From NCBI GenBank assembly GCA_963809485.1, contig CAWEJX010000005.1, positions 43,425-107,424 of the forward strand: 64,000 nt of DNA, in the 5' to 3' direction. Source of the stretch: an uncultured Acidobacteriota bacterium (GTDB lineage Bacteria > Acidobacteriota > UBA6911). The notes under the pieces are model-generated. The model did no database searches. It saw only the letters and a list, made by a program, of their open reading frames with translations, and had not been told where the DNA came from. The translations under genes were made by a program, and so were the position numbers. Shown here in pieces: positions 38,422 through 48,627 of the stretch (its first letter is position 1; the number at the start of each line of letters is the position of its first letter).

Positions 38422-39009
38422 GTGACGTTCATAAACTACGTAGCCCGGGAAATCAACTGCAAGATTGTCTATTACGGACCAGGACTGGGAGGCAAAACCA
38501 CCAACCTTCAGTACGTCTACCAGATCACCAGTCCTGAAAACAAAGGCAAGCTAATCTCTCTGGCCACCGAAACAGAGCGAACCCTGTTCTTTGATTTTCT
38601 GCCCATAGACCTTGGCCAGATCCGTGGATTCCGCACGCGTTTCCATCTTTACACGGTCCCCGGGCAGGTCTTTTACGACTCCAGCCGCAAACTCATCCTG
38701 AAGGGGGTGGACGGAGTGGTTTTCGTCGCCGACTCCCAGGAAGAGCGCCTCGATGCCAACCTGGAATCCCTTGCCAATCTTGCCCAGAACCTCAAGGAGC
38801 AGGGATTCGACATAAGCAGCATCCCTTATGTGCTGCAGCTGAACAAGCGGGACCTGCCCAGCGCGATGCCGGTCGAGTCCCTCCAGCAGCAACTGCTGGT
38901 GAAGGGGGAGCCGGTCCTTGAAGCGGTTGCTCCGCGCGGCGTCGGCGTCCTGGATACGCTCAAGGCCGTGGCCCGCCAGGTGCTGGTGGAATTGCGCAAA
39001 AGCGCGTAA
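38422..39009 (+). CDS. mglA: Small Ras-like GTPase MglA
   Basis: [36 protein letters not shown]. Confidence 0.96.
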   Translation: MTFINYVAREINCKIVYYGPGLGGKTTNLQYVYQITSPENKGKLISLATETERTLFFDFLPIDLGQIRGFRTRFHLYTVPGQVFYDSSRKLILKGVDGVVFVADSQEERLDANLESLANLAQNLKEQGFDISSIPYVLQLNKRDLPSAMPVESLQQQLLVKGEPVLEAVAPRGVGVLDTLKAVARQVLVELRKSA

Positions 39010-39061
39010 AGGAAACGCCGACCGACGCTGATAAAGCGCCGACGAACGCCGAAAAATCCTC

Positions 39062-39928
39062 TTAATCCGAAAAGAAAAATGTGCGCACGTGCTCGATGAA
39101 GAAGTCCGGTTGGTCGTGGTGCAGCCAGTGTCCCGCATTGGGCACCTCGATCATGCGGTAGCCGGGGATCGAATGTATGCGCCCTTCCTTGCCGGGGTCC
39201 TGCGTCCAGCTGTCGAGCCCGCGCAATAGAAGCACCGGGCAGCGTATCTGGCTCCACGTCTGCTGGACGTCGTCCATGTTAAGGCCGTAAACCGCAAGCG
39301 CCCGGACATAATTGTCAAATTTCCAGGTCAGGCTGCCGTCGGCGCTCCAGTTCGATCCGTTAAGCGTCAGGTGTCGCGCCGTCTCGGGCGACAGGTGCGG
39401 GTTGGCCTTGTACATGCGCTCGCAGGCGGCATCAAGGTTCGGATACTTGTGCGGAGCTTTCTTTTCGTATTGCCGCATCACCTCGATCCATTCCCGCAGC
39501 CGCTCATAGGCCGGCCGGGTGCTCGGCACTCCCTGGGGCGGGGAGACCCCTTCGATCGCCACCAGTTTTTGCACGCGGTCCGGGTAGATCCCTGCATATT
39601 GCAGCACGATGGCGGCGCCCAGGGAATGCCCGATGAAGTAAACGGGGAACCGGCCGGCAATGTCGGCGAGCGCGGAGAGATCCAGCACATATTCCGCAAG
39701 GCCGTACAGGGAGCCGTAAGCCCAGCTGCTGTCGCCGTGGCCGCGCAGGTCGGGCGCCAGGATCCGGAAATCGTTCCGGAAAGCCTCCGCGATGCGGTCC
39801 CAGCTGCGCGCATGATCCATGCCGCCGTGGACCAGGATCAGGTTGGGCTTGCCGTTGTTCCCCCAGTCCCAGAAGTGCAGCTTCAGCCGGTGCGAGTAAT
39901 AGAATTGCGAAATCGGTTCATGATCCAT
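39062..39928 (-). CDS. Alpha/beta fold hydrolase
   Basis: LVHGG, DLRGHGDS, GHSLG, AGHWLHHDQP. Confidence 0.92.
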   Translation of the reverse strand: MDHEPISQFYYSHRLKLHFWDWGNNGKPNLILVHGGMDHARSWDRIAEAFRNDFRILAPDLRGHGDSSWAYGSLYGLAEYVLDLSALADIAGRFPVYFIGHSLGAAIVLQYAGIYPDRVQKLVAIEGVSPPQGVPSTRPAYERLREWIEVMRQYEKKAPHKYPNLDAACERMYKANPHLSPETARHLTLNGSNWSADGSLTWKFDNYVRALAVYGLNMDDVQQTWSQIRCPVLLLRGLDSWTQDPGKEGRIHSIPGYRMIEVPNAGHWLHHDQPDFFIEHVRTFFFSD

Positions 39929-39950
39929 ATGCGCGCCTCCTCCTCCTCTG

Positions 39951-40055
39951 TTATTTCGTGAGGACGGGTCTCCAGAGACTGTCTCAAAACTGCCGGCGAG
40001 GATCTCGTGACAGTCGTTTTGAGACAGTTTCTCCAGACCCGTCCTCACGAAATAA
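39951..40055. mobile_element. Mini-MITE apparently inserted in the loop of a 21-bp hairpin
   Basis: Outer arms TTATTTCGTGAGGACGGGTCT / AGACCCGTCCTCACGAAATAA; inner IR GACTGTCTCAAAAC / GTTTTGAGACAGTT; direct repeat CTCCAGA on both sides. Confidence 0.75.
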
Positions 40056-40086
40056 ATGGGTCCGGAGGCCTGTTCTCACTTGACCC

Positions 40087-41070
40087 TCACGAAACCTTGG
40101 GAGTACCGTGCAATTCGTGTTCGGATCTATGTTCCTTTGGTTTTTGCGGCGGCTTCGGCGGGAAGACGAGCGAAAGAACCATGGAAGCCGCCAGAATAGC
40201 CGCGACAATTCCAAGCGAAACGGCAATAGGAATTTCATAATACCCGCTGATCAGCATCTTGACCCCAATGAACATCAGCACGATCCCGAGCCCGGTGCCC
40301 AGATAGGCAAAACGGCTGACAACCGACGCCAGGAGAAAATACAGGGAGCGGAGCCCGAGGATCGCACACACGTTCGAGGTATACACGATAAACGGGTCCC
40401 GCGTGACTCCGAAAATTGCGGGAATCGAGTCTGTGGCGAAGATAAGATCCGTTACCTCGACCGTGAAAACGACCAGGGCAAGCGGCGTCGCCATGATTTT
40501 CCCGTTTTGCCGAAGAAAAAACTTGCCCGAAGTGTAGTCCGACGTCATCGGAACCATGCGCTGAAACATCCGCACTGCGGGATTATGTCCGGGCTCCGCG
40601 TCGGTCTCCCCCTGCCGCAGGATCTTGAATCCTGTGTAAACGAGGAACGCTCCGAAAAGATAGATGATCCAGTGGAACGCGCTGATCAGGGCCGCGCCTG
40701 CCAGTATGAAGGTTGCCCTCATGATCAGGGCTCCCAGAATGCCCCAGAAAAGGACGCGGTGGTGCAGCCTGGGCGGGACTTTGAAATAGGAAAATATCAG
40801 GATGAAAACAAAAACGTTGTCGATGCTCAGCGAATACTCGATCAGGTAACCGGCGAAAAACTCCAGCCCGCACTGTTTGCCATAGGTGCTGTATATCCAC
40901 GCGCCGAAGGACAGCGAAAGGACAATCCAGACCGTGCTCCAGGAAAGAGCCTCCCTGAAGGTCACGGCATGTGCTTTCCGGTGAAACACGCCCAAATCAA
41001 GCGACAGAAGAAAAAGGACAACCGCAAGAAATCCGATCCAGAAAAGGGGGGTGCCGATAGTGTGCGTCAT
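40087..41070 (-). CDS. TerC/Alx family membrane protein
   Basis: YLIEYSLSIDNVFVF, VLFWGILGALIMR, DLIFATDSIPAI, ILGLRSLYF. Confidence 0.95.
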   Translation of the reverse strand: MTHTIGTPLFWIGFLAVVLFLLSLDLGVFHRKAHAVTFREALSWSTVWIVLSLSFGAWIYSTYGKQCGLEFFAGYLIEYSLSIDNVFVFILIFSYFKVPPRLHHRVLFWGILGALIMRATFILAGAALISAFHWIIYLFGAFLVYTGFKILRQGETDAEPGHNPAVRMFQRMVPMTSDYTSGKFFLRQNGKIMATPLALVVFTVEVTDLIFATDSIPAIFGVTRDPFIVYTSNVCAILGLRSLYFLLASVVSRFAYLGTGLGIVLMFIGVKMLISGYYEIPIAVSLGIVAAILAASMVLSLVFPPKPPQKPKEHRSEHELHGTPKVS

Positions 41071-41149
41071 TGTATGTCCCGCTGTCCTCGATCCAGCACC
41101 ATGAAACCTACTCTATCACGGGAGTAGCGCAAGGCGCCGGTTTTATGCT

Positions 41150-42124
41150 TCAACCTTTTTCCGAACAGCGCCGCAGCCTGTCCATGATTGCGACGCCCAG
41201 GCCCGTTTCCTCGATGGGACGGGCGATGATGCGGTCGAGCCCAAGGCTGTCCAGGCGGCGCAGCGCCCGGAAAAGGTTGGCTGCTGCCTCGCGCAGGTCT
41301 CCAGAAGTCGAGAGCACCTCCACCGCGGCAAACCTGTCGGGGTCTTCCGGCTGTAGAAGGCTGAGCAACCCGGCTCTTTCGCCTGCCCTGAGCTCGCCGG
41401 GCCTTTCGCCCGAAATTTCCAGCCTTGTCCGGGTCGCGTAATGCCGCTTCAGCATCCCCGGCGCCGAAGGACGCCCGGACGGGTCCGCCGGAATTTCCAG
41501 CCTGCCAACCAGCGGCACAAGTTCCTCGATGGCGACGCCGCCGGCGCGCAGCAGGCACGGCGCGGCGCCGACGAGCGACACTATGGTGGACTCCACGCCG
41601 ATCGGGCATGGGCCGCCGTCCAGAATCAGGTCGATTTTATCCGCCAACTGCTCCGCAACGTGCCCGGCTTCGGTAGGGCTGACGTACCCGAACGGATTCG
41701 CGCTGGGCGCAGCTATGCCGCATCCAGCCGCCCGTATTAGCGCAAGGGCCGCAGGATGAGACGGTATGCGTATGGCCACGGTTTCCAGACCCGCGGTGAC
41801 GATGGGAGGGACTGAATCCTTTTTCGGGACCACCAGCGTCAGAGGGCCGGGCCAGAATTTCGCCATGAGCCCTCGGGCCGATTCCGGCAAATCGCCGTAG
41901 CGTTCGGCCGAAGCCGTATCGGCGACATGCACGATCAGCGGATCGATGCGGGGACGGGCTTTCACCTCAAAAATCCTGGCCACCGCCATTGGATTGCCGG
42001 CGTCGCACCCGAGGCCGTAAACGGTCTCGGTCGGGAAAGCGACCAGTCCACCGGCGCGCAGTATCTCCGCCCCCCTCTTGATGGCTTTAGGATCGTTGGC
42101 ATCCGCAATTTCCGCAGTCTTCAC
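41150..42124 (-). CDS. tsaC: L-threonylcarbamoyladenylate synthase (Sua5/TsaC)
   Basis: VAFPTETVYGLG, FWPGPLT, APSAN, GVESTIV, C-terminal SUA5 domain. Confidence 0.95.
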   Translation of the reverse strand: MKTAEIADANDPKAIKRGAEILRAGGLVAFPTETVYGLGCDAGNPMAVARIFEVKARPRIDPLIVHVADTASAERYGDLPESARGLMAKFWPGPLTLVVPKKDSVPPIVTAGLETVAIRIPSHPAALALIRAAGCGIAAPSANPFGYVSPTEAGHVAEQLADKIDLILDGGPCPIGVESTIVSLVGAAPCLLRAGGVAIEELVPLVGRLEIPADPSGRPSAPGMLKRHYATRTRLEISGERPGELRAGERAGLLSLLQPEDPDRFAAVEVLSTSGDLREAAANLFRALRRLDSLGLDRIIARPIEETGLGVAIMDRLRRCSEKG

Positions 42125-42260
42125 AATTCCTCTCGCAACAGGAGGGAAAATATTCCAACACGAGAGACGCAAAAGCAACCCCCAACTTTCGCGTAGCTTA
42201 CGGCAGCTTGACAGGGTATCATGCAGCCGATATAGTCAGGGCCGGACACGGCTTTCTGCT

Positions 42261-42779
42261 ATGCAAGAATCCGATCGATTGATTATTCCGGCCTGGTACG
42301 CCCTCTATACCCGCAGCCGTTTCGAAAAGAAAATGCTGGGCGAATTGACCGACCGGAGCATTGAAGTTTTCCTGCCCATGCGCGAGATCCTCAGCCGCTG
42401 GAAGGACCGCAAAAAAAGAATATGGATCCCAATGTTTCCCGGCTACATCTTCGTCCACCATGTGGATACGCCGGAAAGCCGTTACAGGGTCCTGAACATA
42501 CCCGGTGCGGTGCGGTTTGTCGGTCGTGAAGGCCACGCCGAGGCGATCCCGGAAGAACAGATCCTCGGCGTCCGCAGATTCCTCGAAGCCAGCGTCGCCG
42601 TTGACCCGTATCCTTATGTGCGTGTTGGAAGCCGCGTCGAGGTGATTGCCGGGCCGCTGAAAGGCATCCAGGGCATACTCGTCGAAAAACGGGGCAAGTT
42701 CCGGTTTGTCATTAAGGTCGATCTGATCCGCCAGGCCGTTTCCGTGGAAATCGATGCTTCCGACGTCCGACCTATCTGA
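42261..42779 (+). CDS. NusG paralog (UpxY/RfaH-like antiterminator)
   Basis: WYALYTRSRFEKK, WKDRKK, FPGYIFV, KOW GSRVEVIAGPLKG. Confidence 0.9.
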   Translation: MQESDRLIIPAWYALYTRSRFEKKMLGELTDRSIEVFLPMREILSRWKDRKKRIWIPMFPGYIFVHHVDTPESRYRVLNIPGAVRFVGREGHAEAIPEEQILGVRRFLEASVAVDPYPYVRVGSRVEVIAGPLKGIQGILVEKRGKFRFVIKVDLIRQAVSVEIDASDVRPI

Positions 42780-42803
42780 AGCCTTTATCGCGAAGCCGCG
42801 CAA

Positions 42804-43025
42804 TAATTACATTGGTAAACCCGCGGCTCTGCCGGGGTACTCAAAGAGTTTGACAGCTCCGTATTTTGAAACGCTGACATACGCTGAAAAAAATATATAA
42901 ATTTTTGTCGGCGTAGGTCGGCGTCCGTTCAGCGTGCGTCGGCGTTCAAGACCGGCGTAACTAGTCCAACCGCTTTGAGCGGTTTAAATCTTTCAAGCCT
43001 CCGGCTTTTCTGGAGGTACCTGGCT
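42804..43025 (+). mobile_element. Family A element carrying a plain family C unit
   Basis: Same ends; interior resembles the reverse complement of the stand-alone unit at 19895-19992. Confidence 0.82.
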
Positions 43026-43026
43026 C

Positions 43027-45552
43027 GTGATGAAAGAACGTACGCTGGCCCATATTGTCGGGAACTATTACCGCCGGGGACCGGAGACGGCTTTCGTTTG
43101 CCGCCGCGGCTACCGGAGGCTGCACTGGTCCTACCGCCAGGCGGCCGAGTGCGCATACGGCCTGGCGCGCGAACTCGAGGCTCGCGGCATCGGGCGCGGG
43201 GACAGGGTTTTCCTCTGGGGCGGCGACTGCCCGGAATGGGTCGCGGGCTTCTGGGCAATCATCCTGCGCGGCGCCGTAGCCCTACCCATGGATCAGGGCG
43301 CGTCCGTGGATTTTGCGCGGCGCGTTTCCGCCCAGGCCGGAACGCGGCTGTGCCTGTGTTCGCGCCGGCAGCCGCCGGTCGATCTCTCGCTGCCTGCGCT
43401 GGCTTTTGAAGATTTTCCGCAAATACTCGCGCGCCACTCCCGCGAGCCTGTTGCTCTGCCCGCTATCGATGATCAGGACGCTGCCGAAATGGTGTTTACA
43501 TCGGGTACAACGGCCGACCCGAAAGGAGTCCTGATCTCCCACCGGAATATTCTCGCCAACCTCGAGCCGCTGGAAAAGGAAATCGGCAAATACCTGAAGT
43601 ATGAGCGCATCGTTCACCCGTTGCGGTTTTTAAACCTGCTGCCGCTCAGCCATGTCTTCGGACAGTTCCTTGGGCTCTTCATCCCGCAGATCATGGGAAG
43701 CACCGTGGTATTTCACGATACGCTCAATCCGTCGGAAATCCTACGCACGATAAAGCGGGAAAAGATCTCCGTACTCGTGACGGTGCCGAGAATCATGCAA
43801 ACCCTGCGGGACAAAATTGAGCGCGATATGGAATCGGGGGGCCGGCTGAAAGTGTTCCGGAAAAATTTCGACAAAGCCGCGGGGGAGCATTTCCTGCGGC
43901 GCTGGTGGCGCTTCCGTGCTATTCATGGCAGGTTCGGGTGGAAATACTGGGCGTTCATATCGGGCGGCGCGAGCCTCGATCCTGAAACCGAGCAGTTCTG
44001 GGGGCGCCTGGGATACGCCGTCATCCAGGGATACGGCCTCACCGAAACGACCTCCATGATCAGCATCAATCATCCGCTGAGGCTTGGGCATGGTTCGGTA
44101 GGCAAAATATTGCCGGGCCGTGAAGTACGCCTGGCGCCGGACGGAGAGATCCTGGTCCGGGGCGAGAGCATCGCAAAAAGCTATTACCAGGCGGGGGAGA
44201 CAAAACCCGTCTCGGGTGAGGAGGGATGGTTTCACACCGGCGACCTGGGTTCTCTCGATGAACACGGCAACCTGTATTTCAAAGGGCGAAGGAAGAACGT
44301 GATCGTGAGTTCGGAGGGAATGAATATTTATCCCGAAGATCTCGAAGCGGCGCTGAGGCGGCAGCCCGAAGTCCGGGATTGCGTCGTGCTGGGAATCGGA
44401 AGCGTGAATCCCGAAGCCTGCGCGGTCCTGGTCCTGCATGGCAGCGAATCCGATCCGGCTGCGGTGATCGGGCGCGCCAATGAAACGCTCGCTGATTTCC
44501 AGCGCATACGCCACTGGCTGGTCTGGCCGGAGAGGGATTTTCCCCGGACGCCCACTCAAAAGCCGCAGGCAGCGGCGATTCAGGACTATGTCGATGCGCA
44601 TTTCAGAAAGGCCGCGAGCAGGCCAGGCGGTCAGGGCACGCTGGCGGACATGATTGCCCGCATCACGGGCCGAAGTACTGCAGATATTTCGCCCCGGACC
44701 AGCCTGGCCCGGGATCTCGGCCTGACTTCGATCGAGCAGGTGGAATTGATCGGCGCGCTTGAAGACAGGTTTCAGCTGGATCTCGATGAGTCCCGGTTCA
44801 CTTCGGCAAGCACGCTCGGGGAGATTGAGGAAATGCTGAACCGGCCGGCGCAGCGGGGCGCCGAATTCCGATATCCGCGCTGGACCCAGCGCGCGCCGGT
44901 CGCGGCGCTCAGGATACTGGTGTATTACCTCCTATGCGGGCCCGCAACCTGGATCCTCGCGCGTCCCCGTGTGTGCGGCCGTGAAAGCCTGCGGGATCTG
45001 GCAGGCCCGGTGTTGTTCGTCTGTAATCACGTCACCCGGGTCGATATCGGATTTGTCCTGGCGGCAGTCCCTGCGCGCTTCCGTCACCGCCTGGCCGTGG
45101 CCATGATGGGCGAGATGCTGCGCGATATGCGGGATCCGCCGCCGGGGATGGGCTTCTTCCGGCGATGGATCGAGAAGATATCGTACGGACTGGTGGTGGC
45201 GCTCTTCAATGTTTTCCCGCTGCCGCAGAAGGCGGGCTTCCGCCGGAGCTTCGCGTTTGCGGGTGAATCCGCCGACCGCGGCTATTCGATATTGGTTTTC
45301 CCGGAAGGGACGCGGACAAAGGACGGAGCGATGGGACCATTCCGCACGGGCATCGGTTTACTCGCGGCCGATCTGGATCTGCCCGTTGTCCCTCTGCGAA
45401 TTGACGGATTATTCGAGCTCAAGCAAGCGCGGAAAAAATTCGCCCGTCCCGGCGCCGTTACCGTAACCATCGGCCCGGCCGTCCGATATGACCGGGGGAC
45501 GAACGCCATGAAAATCACCTCCGACTTGCGAAACCGGGTCATGACCCTTTAG
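43027..45552 (+). CDS. AMP-binding acyl ligase - acyl carrier - PlsC acyltransferase fusion
   Basis: FTSGTTADPKG, GYGLTE, TGDLG; carrier-like DLGLTSIEQVEL; NHVTRVD and FPEGTR. Confidence 0.9.
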   Translation: MMKERTLAHIVGNYYRRGPETAFVCRRGYRRLHWSYRQAAECAYGLARELEARGIGRGDRVFLWGGDCPEWVAGFWAIILRGAVALPMDQGASVDFARRVSAQAGTRLCLCSRRQPPVDLSLPALAFEDFPQILARHSREPVALPAIDDQDAAEMVFTSGTTADPKGVLISHRNILANLEPLEKEIGKYLKYERIVHPLRFLNLLPLSHVFGQFLGLFIPQIMGSTVVFHDTLNPSEILRTIKREKISVLVTVPRIMQTLRDKIERDMESGGRLKVFRKNFDKAAGEHFLRRWWRFRAIHGRFGWKYWAFISGGASLDPETEQFWGRLGYAVIQGYGLTETTSMISINHPLRLGHGSVGKILPGREVRLAPDGEILVRGESIAKSYYQAGETKPVSGEEGWFHTGDLGSLDEHGNLYFKGRRKNVIVSSEGMNIYPEDLEAALRRQPEVRDCVVLGIGSVNPEACAVLVLHGSESDPAAVIGRANETLADFQRIRHWLVWPERDFPRTPTQKPQAAAIQDYVDAHFRKAASRPGGQGTLADMIARITGRSTADISPRTSLARDLGLTSIEQVELIGALEDRFQLDLDESRFTSASTLGEIEEMLNRPAQRGAEFRYPRWTQRAPVAALRILVYYLLCGPATWILARPRVCGRESLRDLAGPVLFVCNHVTRVDIGFVLAAVPARFRHRLAVAMMGEMLRDMRDPPPGMGFFRRWIEKISYGLVVALFNVFPLPQKAGFRRSFAFAGESADRGYSILVFPEGTRTKDGAMGPFRTGIGLLAADLDLPVVPLRIDGLFELKQARKKFARPGAVTVTIGPAVRYDRGTNAMKITSDLRNRVMTL

Positions 45553-45659
45553 GAAAAGCCAAATGGTAGCCCCGTCCATAAATTTTATCGCTGACGCACG
45601 CCGATAAACGCTGACGCACGCTGAAAAATCAAAAATAAATACCATTTTCCTACTAACCA

Positions 45660-48201
45660 CTAATCACTAACCACTGCCTCCGGCCACTGATGTTTCGGGT
45701 AACGGCGCTGAAGCTCGCGGCGGATGGCGGGGTAGTGCCGCTGCCAGAACCCGGCCAGGTCCTGGGTTACCTGCACCGCGCGCCCGTTGGGAGCAAGCAG
45801 GTGCAGGGTGAGGAGTACGCGGCCGCCGCAGATTGCGGGAGGCTCGCGCATGCCGAAAAAATCCTGCAGGCGGGATTCAACCCAGGGGGGCTTGCCGGTT
45901 TGGTAGTGAATTTTTGCGGAGCGACCGTGTTTCAGCCGGATTCGCTCCGGAGTCTCCCGCTCGAGAATCTCGCGCTGCCGTGCCGTCAGTCTTGCTGCCA
46001 GTGCAGCGACCAGCGACGGGCGCTCGATCTCCTTCAGGCTGCGTTTTCCGGCACACAAAATCTCCACGGCGCGGCGAATTTCTTCGTCGTTAATTTCGGG
46101 ATACTTTTCTCCCGGATAGCACGAAGCCGCAAGGGAAACTCTTGCCTGAAACGTCGGGAGAGCGGAAAGGTCGGAAAACGGCGCAAGCCGTCGCGCAAGG
46201 GCCTCGGCTGCCAGAATGCGCGAAGCCTCCTCCGAAGGCTCAGCGGTTTTTATAATTTCCTCGAGCGTAATCTGGTGAAAATACGTCTGCCGCAGTTCTT
46301 CGACTCTCCCGGCGCGTTCGTTCCATTTGAGTTCGGTCTTCTCGCTGATGGCTTCCGGAAACAGTCCGGCGAGCCACTCGATCTCGACGGCCGACGCAAG
46401 ACGGACGAAGGCGCCCTGCGCTTGAAGTGGACTGTTGACCTTACGTTCTTCGGCATCGATGGCGACCAGGAAGCCGGGTTCGCGCACGATGCTGGCCGGC
46501 GAAAGCGTGGCGCATCCTCCGGCGGCGAGCAGGAGTTCCCTTGAACCACTTTTGCGGCGCTTCGCGACCCGGTCCGGGAAAGCCGACAGGATGGAAATCA
46601 GAAGCGCCTCTTCATTCTGCTTCGTGCCGGCAACGGGCCCGGAAGGGCCACGTGAGGACAGGATGCGGCGGAACTGCTGGTGCGCTTTCTTTACTGCAGC
46701 GATTGCGGGCGGATCCAGTCCCAGGGCCAGAACGCGTGCGCGGTCAAAATGCGCCTCCTCGGCTTCGCGATAGCACTCCATGAGCTCGACGAGGTCGGAT
46801 GTCCCGGATATTTCCGCGCGCGCCTTCGGTCTGGCTGCGCCGAGTTGAGTGCGTAAATCGAGCCGTATGTCCCGTTCCGAAATAAGCGCGGCGAGCAGCG
46901 AACTCTCGCCGGCGATGCCCAGTTTCCGTCCCTCCAGCATCAGGCGGGCCAGCCTGGGATGGGCGGGCAGCATCAGCATTTCCTTGCCGGTACCCGTAAT
47001 ATGGCCGCCAGTGGTTATTGCACCCAGCTGAACCAGCAACATCTCCGCCGCATCGACGGCCGCTTCCGGAGGCGGCTCGAACCAGGGGAAAGATTTTGCG
47101 TCGCATATGCCGGCGCCGTGGAGCATCAGCAACGTTTCGGCCAGGTCCGCGCGTTTGATTTCCGGGATTTCGTGTTCGGGGCGCGACTGGAAGTCCGGCC
47201 GGGTGTAGAGCCGCAGAACCTGTCCTGTCCGTGTGCGCCCGGCCCGCCCCGCTCGCTGTGCAGCGGAGGACTTGCTGATCCTCGCGGTTGAGAGTGTCGG
47301 GAAGCCGCTCCATGCCGAATGGCCGGCGAGGCGGGCAAGTCCGGAGTCCACAACCGCGGCAATTCCCGGGATGGTGATGGAAGTCTCGGCAACGTTGGTG
47401 GCGAGAATGACCTTGAGGCGCCCGGCGGGCTCGAGGGCCTTTTTCTGTTCGGTGGAGGGGAGATCCCCATGGAGAGGAAACAGCAGGAAATCAAGGCGCT
47501 GGGCCGGAGGCGCCAGCAATTCTGCTGTGCGGCGGATTTCGGCGGAGCCGGGAAGAAAAACCAGGATATCGCCGTCGATCCCGGACCGCACCAGTTTTGA
47601 AACCGCGGCGGCGGCCTTTTCATGCACCGAACGGCTGTCGGGCCGTTCCTCGTACCCGATATCCAGGTCAAAAGGGGATCCGGCAATTGACAGAAAACGC
47701 GCGCCGGGAAGAAAGGAAACGACGGGCTCGGTGTCAAGCGTCGCCGACATCACGACGATTTTCAGCCTGCGGTTTTTTATCTGCTTTAAAAATGCGAGGG
47801 CGAGGTCGGTCGCGAGGTTTCGCTCGTGAAATTCGTCGAGAATTACCGTGGATACGCCGTCCAGGCCCGGGTCCTGAACGATCCTTCGCGAAAGGATGGC
47901 TTCGGTCAGGAAGCGTATGCGGGTTTTGGGGCCGGCCACATTTTCGTAGCGGATCGAGTAGCCGACCGTTTCTCCGGGCCGCTCTCCCAGTTCTTCCGCG
48001 ACACGGGAGGCGGCCAGGCGCGCCGCCAGCCTGCGCGGCTCGAGCACGAGTATCTCGCCCCGCGCGGCGAATCCGGCGTCGAAGAGAGCGCGGGGAATGC
48101 GCGTCGTCTTACCCGCCCCCGGGCGGCGCCGTGAGCACCAGCGCATCCGTCCGGCGCAGCCCCTCGACGATTTCCGGCAGGTACGGATCAATCGGCAGCA
48201 T
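45660..48201 (-). CDS. hrpB: ATP-dependent helicase HrpB (one extra G near 48116-48120)
   Basis: MLPIDPYL...VLTAPP then shifted GAGKTT; DEFHER, MSAT, QRAGRAGR, C-terminal ELQRRYPKHQWP. Confidence 0.92.
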
Positions 48202-48303
48202 ACAGAGCAATAGGAATAGTATCGCGGAAAAAAATCAACCACGAAATACACAAAGGACACGAAAGAAATTCTCGGATACATCCTGCGTAGATGGGAATAA
48301 AAA

Positions 48304-48603
48304 TGGGGTCGGACCACGATAAATCTTTCCGGCAATTTATGATAGCTCAATTTTCCGCATGGAAAACAGGCCTTAGGCGCAATTTCATGCCCGAAAATTT
48401 GAATGCAGGCTCAATGCGCTCTTCCTCCGCGTCGGAGCCGGATTCTTACACTCGAAAAATGGCCTCATAATCTTAAAGCGGACCAGATTTGGATAAGAGA
48501 AATTGCATCTATCCCTCGTGCATTCAGTGGTTTATTGTGGTCCGACCCCAAAAATGACTAAGTCAGCATTCAGTGGTTTATTGTGGTCCGACCCCAAAAA
48601 TGA
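48304..48603. repeat. IR-bounded element with duplicated right end
   Basis: TGGGGTCGGACCACGATAAA at 48304 is inverted to TTTATTGTGGTCCGACCCCA; perfect 38-bp direct repeats at 48520-48557 and 48566-48603. Confidence 0.75.
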
Positions 48604-48627
48604 AATGAAAAATGACCCAAAAATGAC

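Noticed and set aside
48202-48350. N-terminal extensions of hrpB, argH, DinB and GtrA in the ORF track
   Set aside because: They run through repeat arrays; better starts with RBS or family-typical N-termini lie downstream.
48520-48603. Possible mini-CRISPR (38-bp direct repeats)
   Set aside because: Only two units with an 8-bp spacer; better explained as an end duplication.
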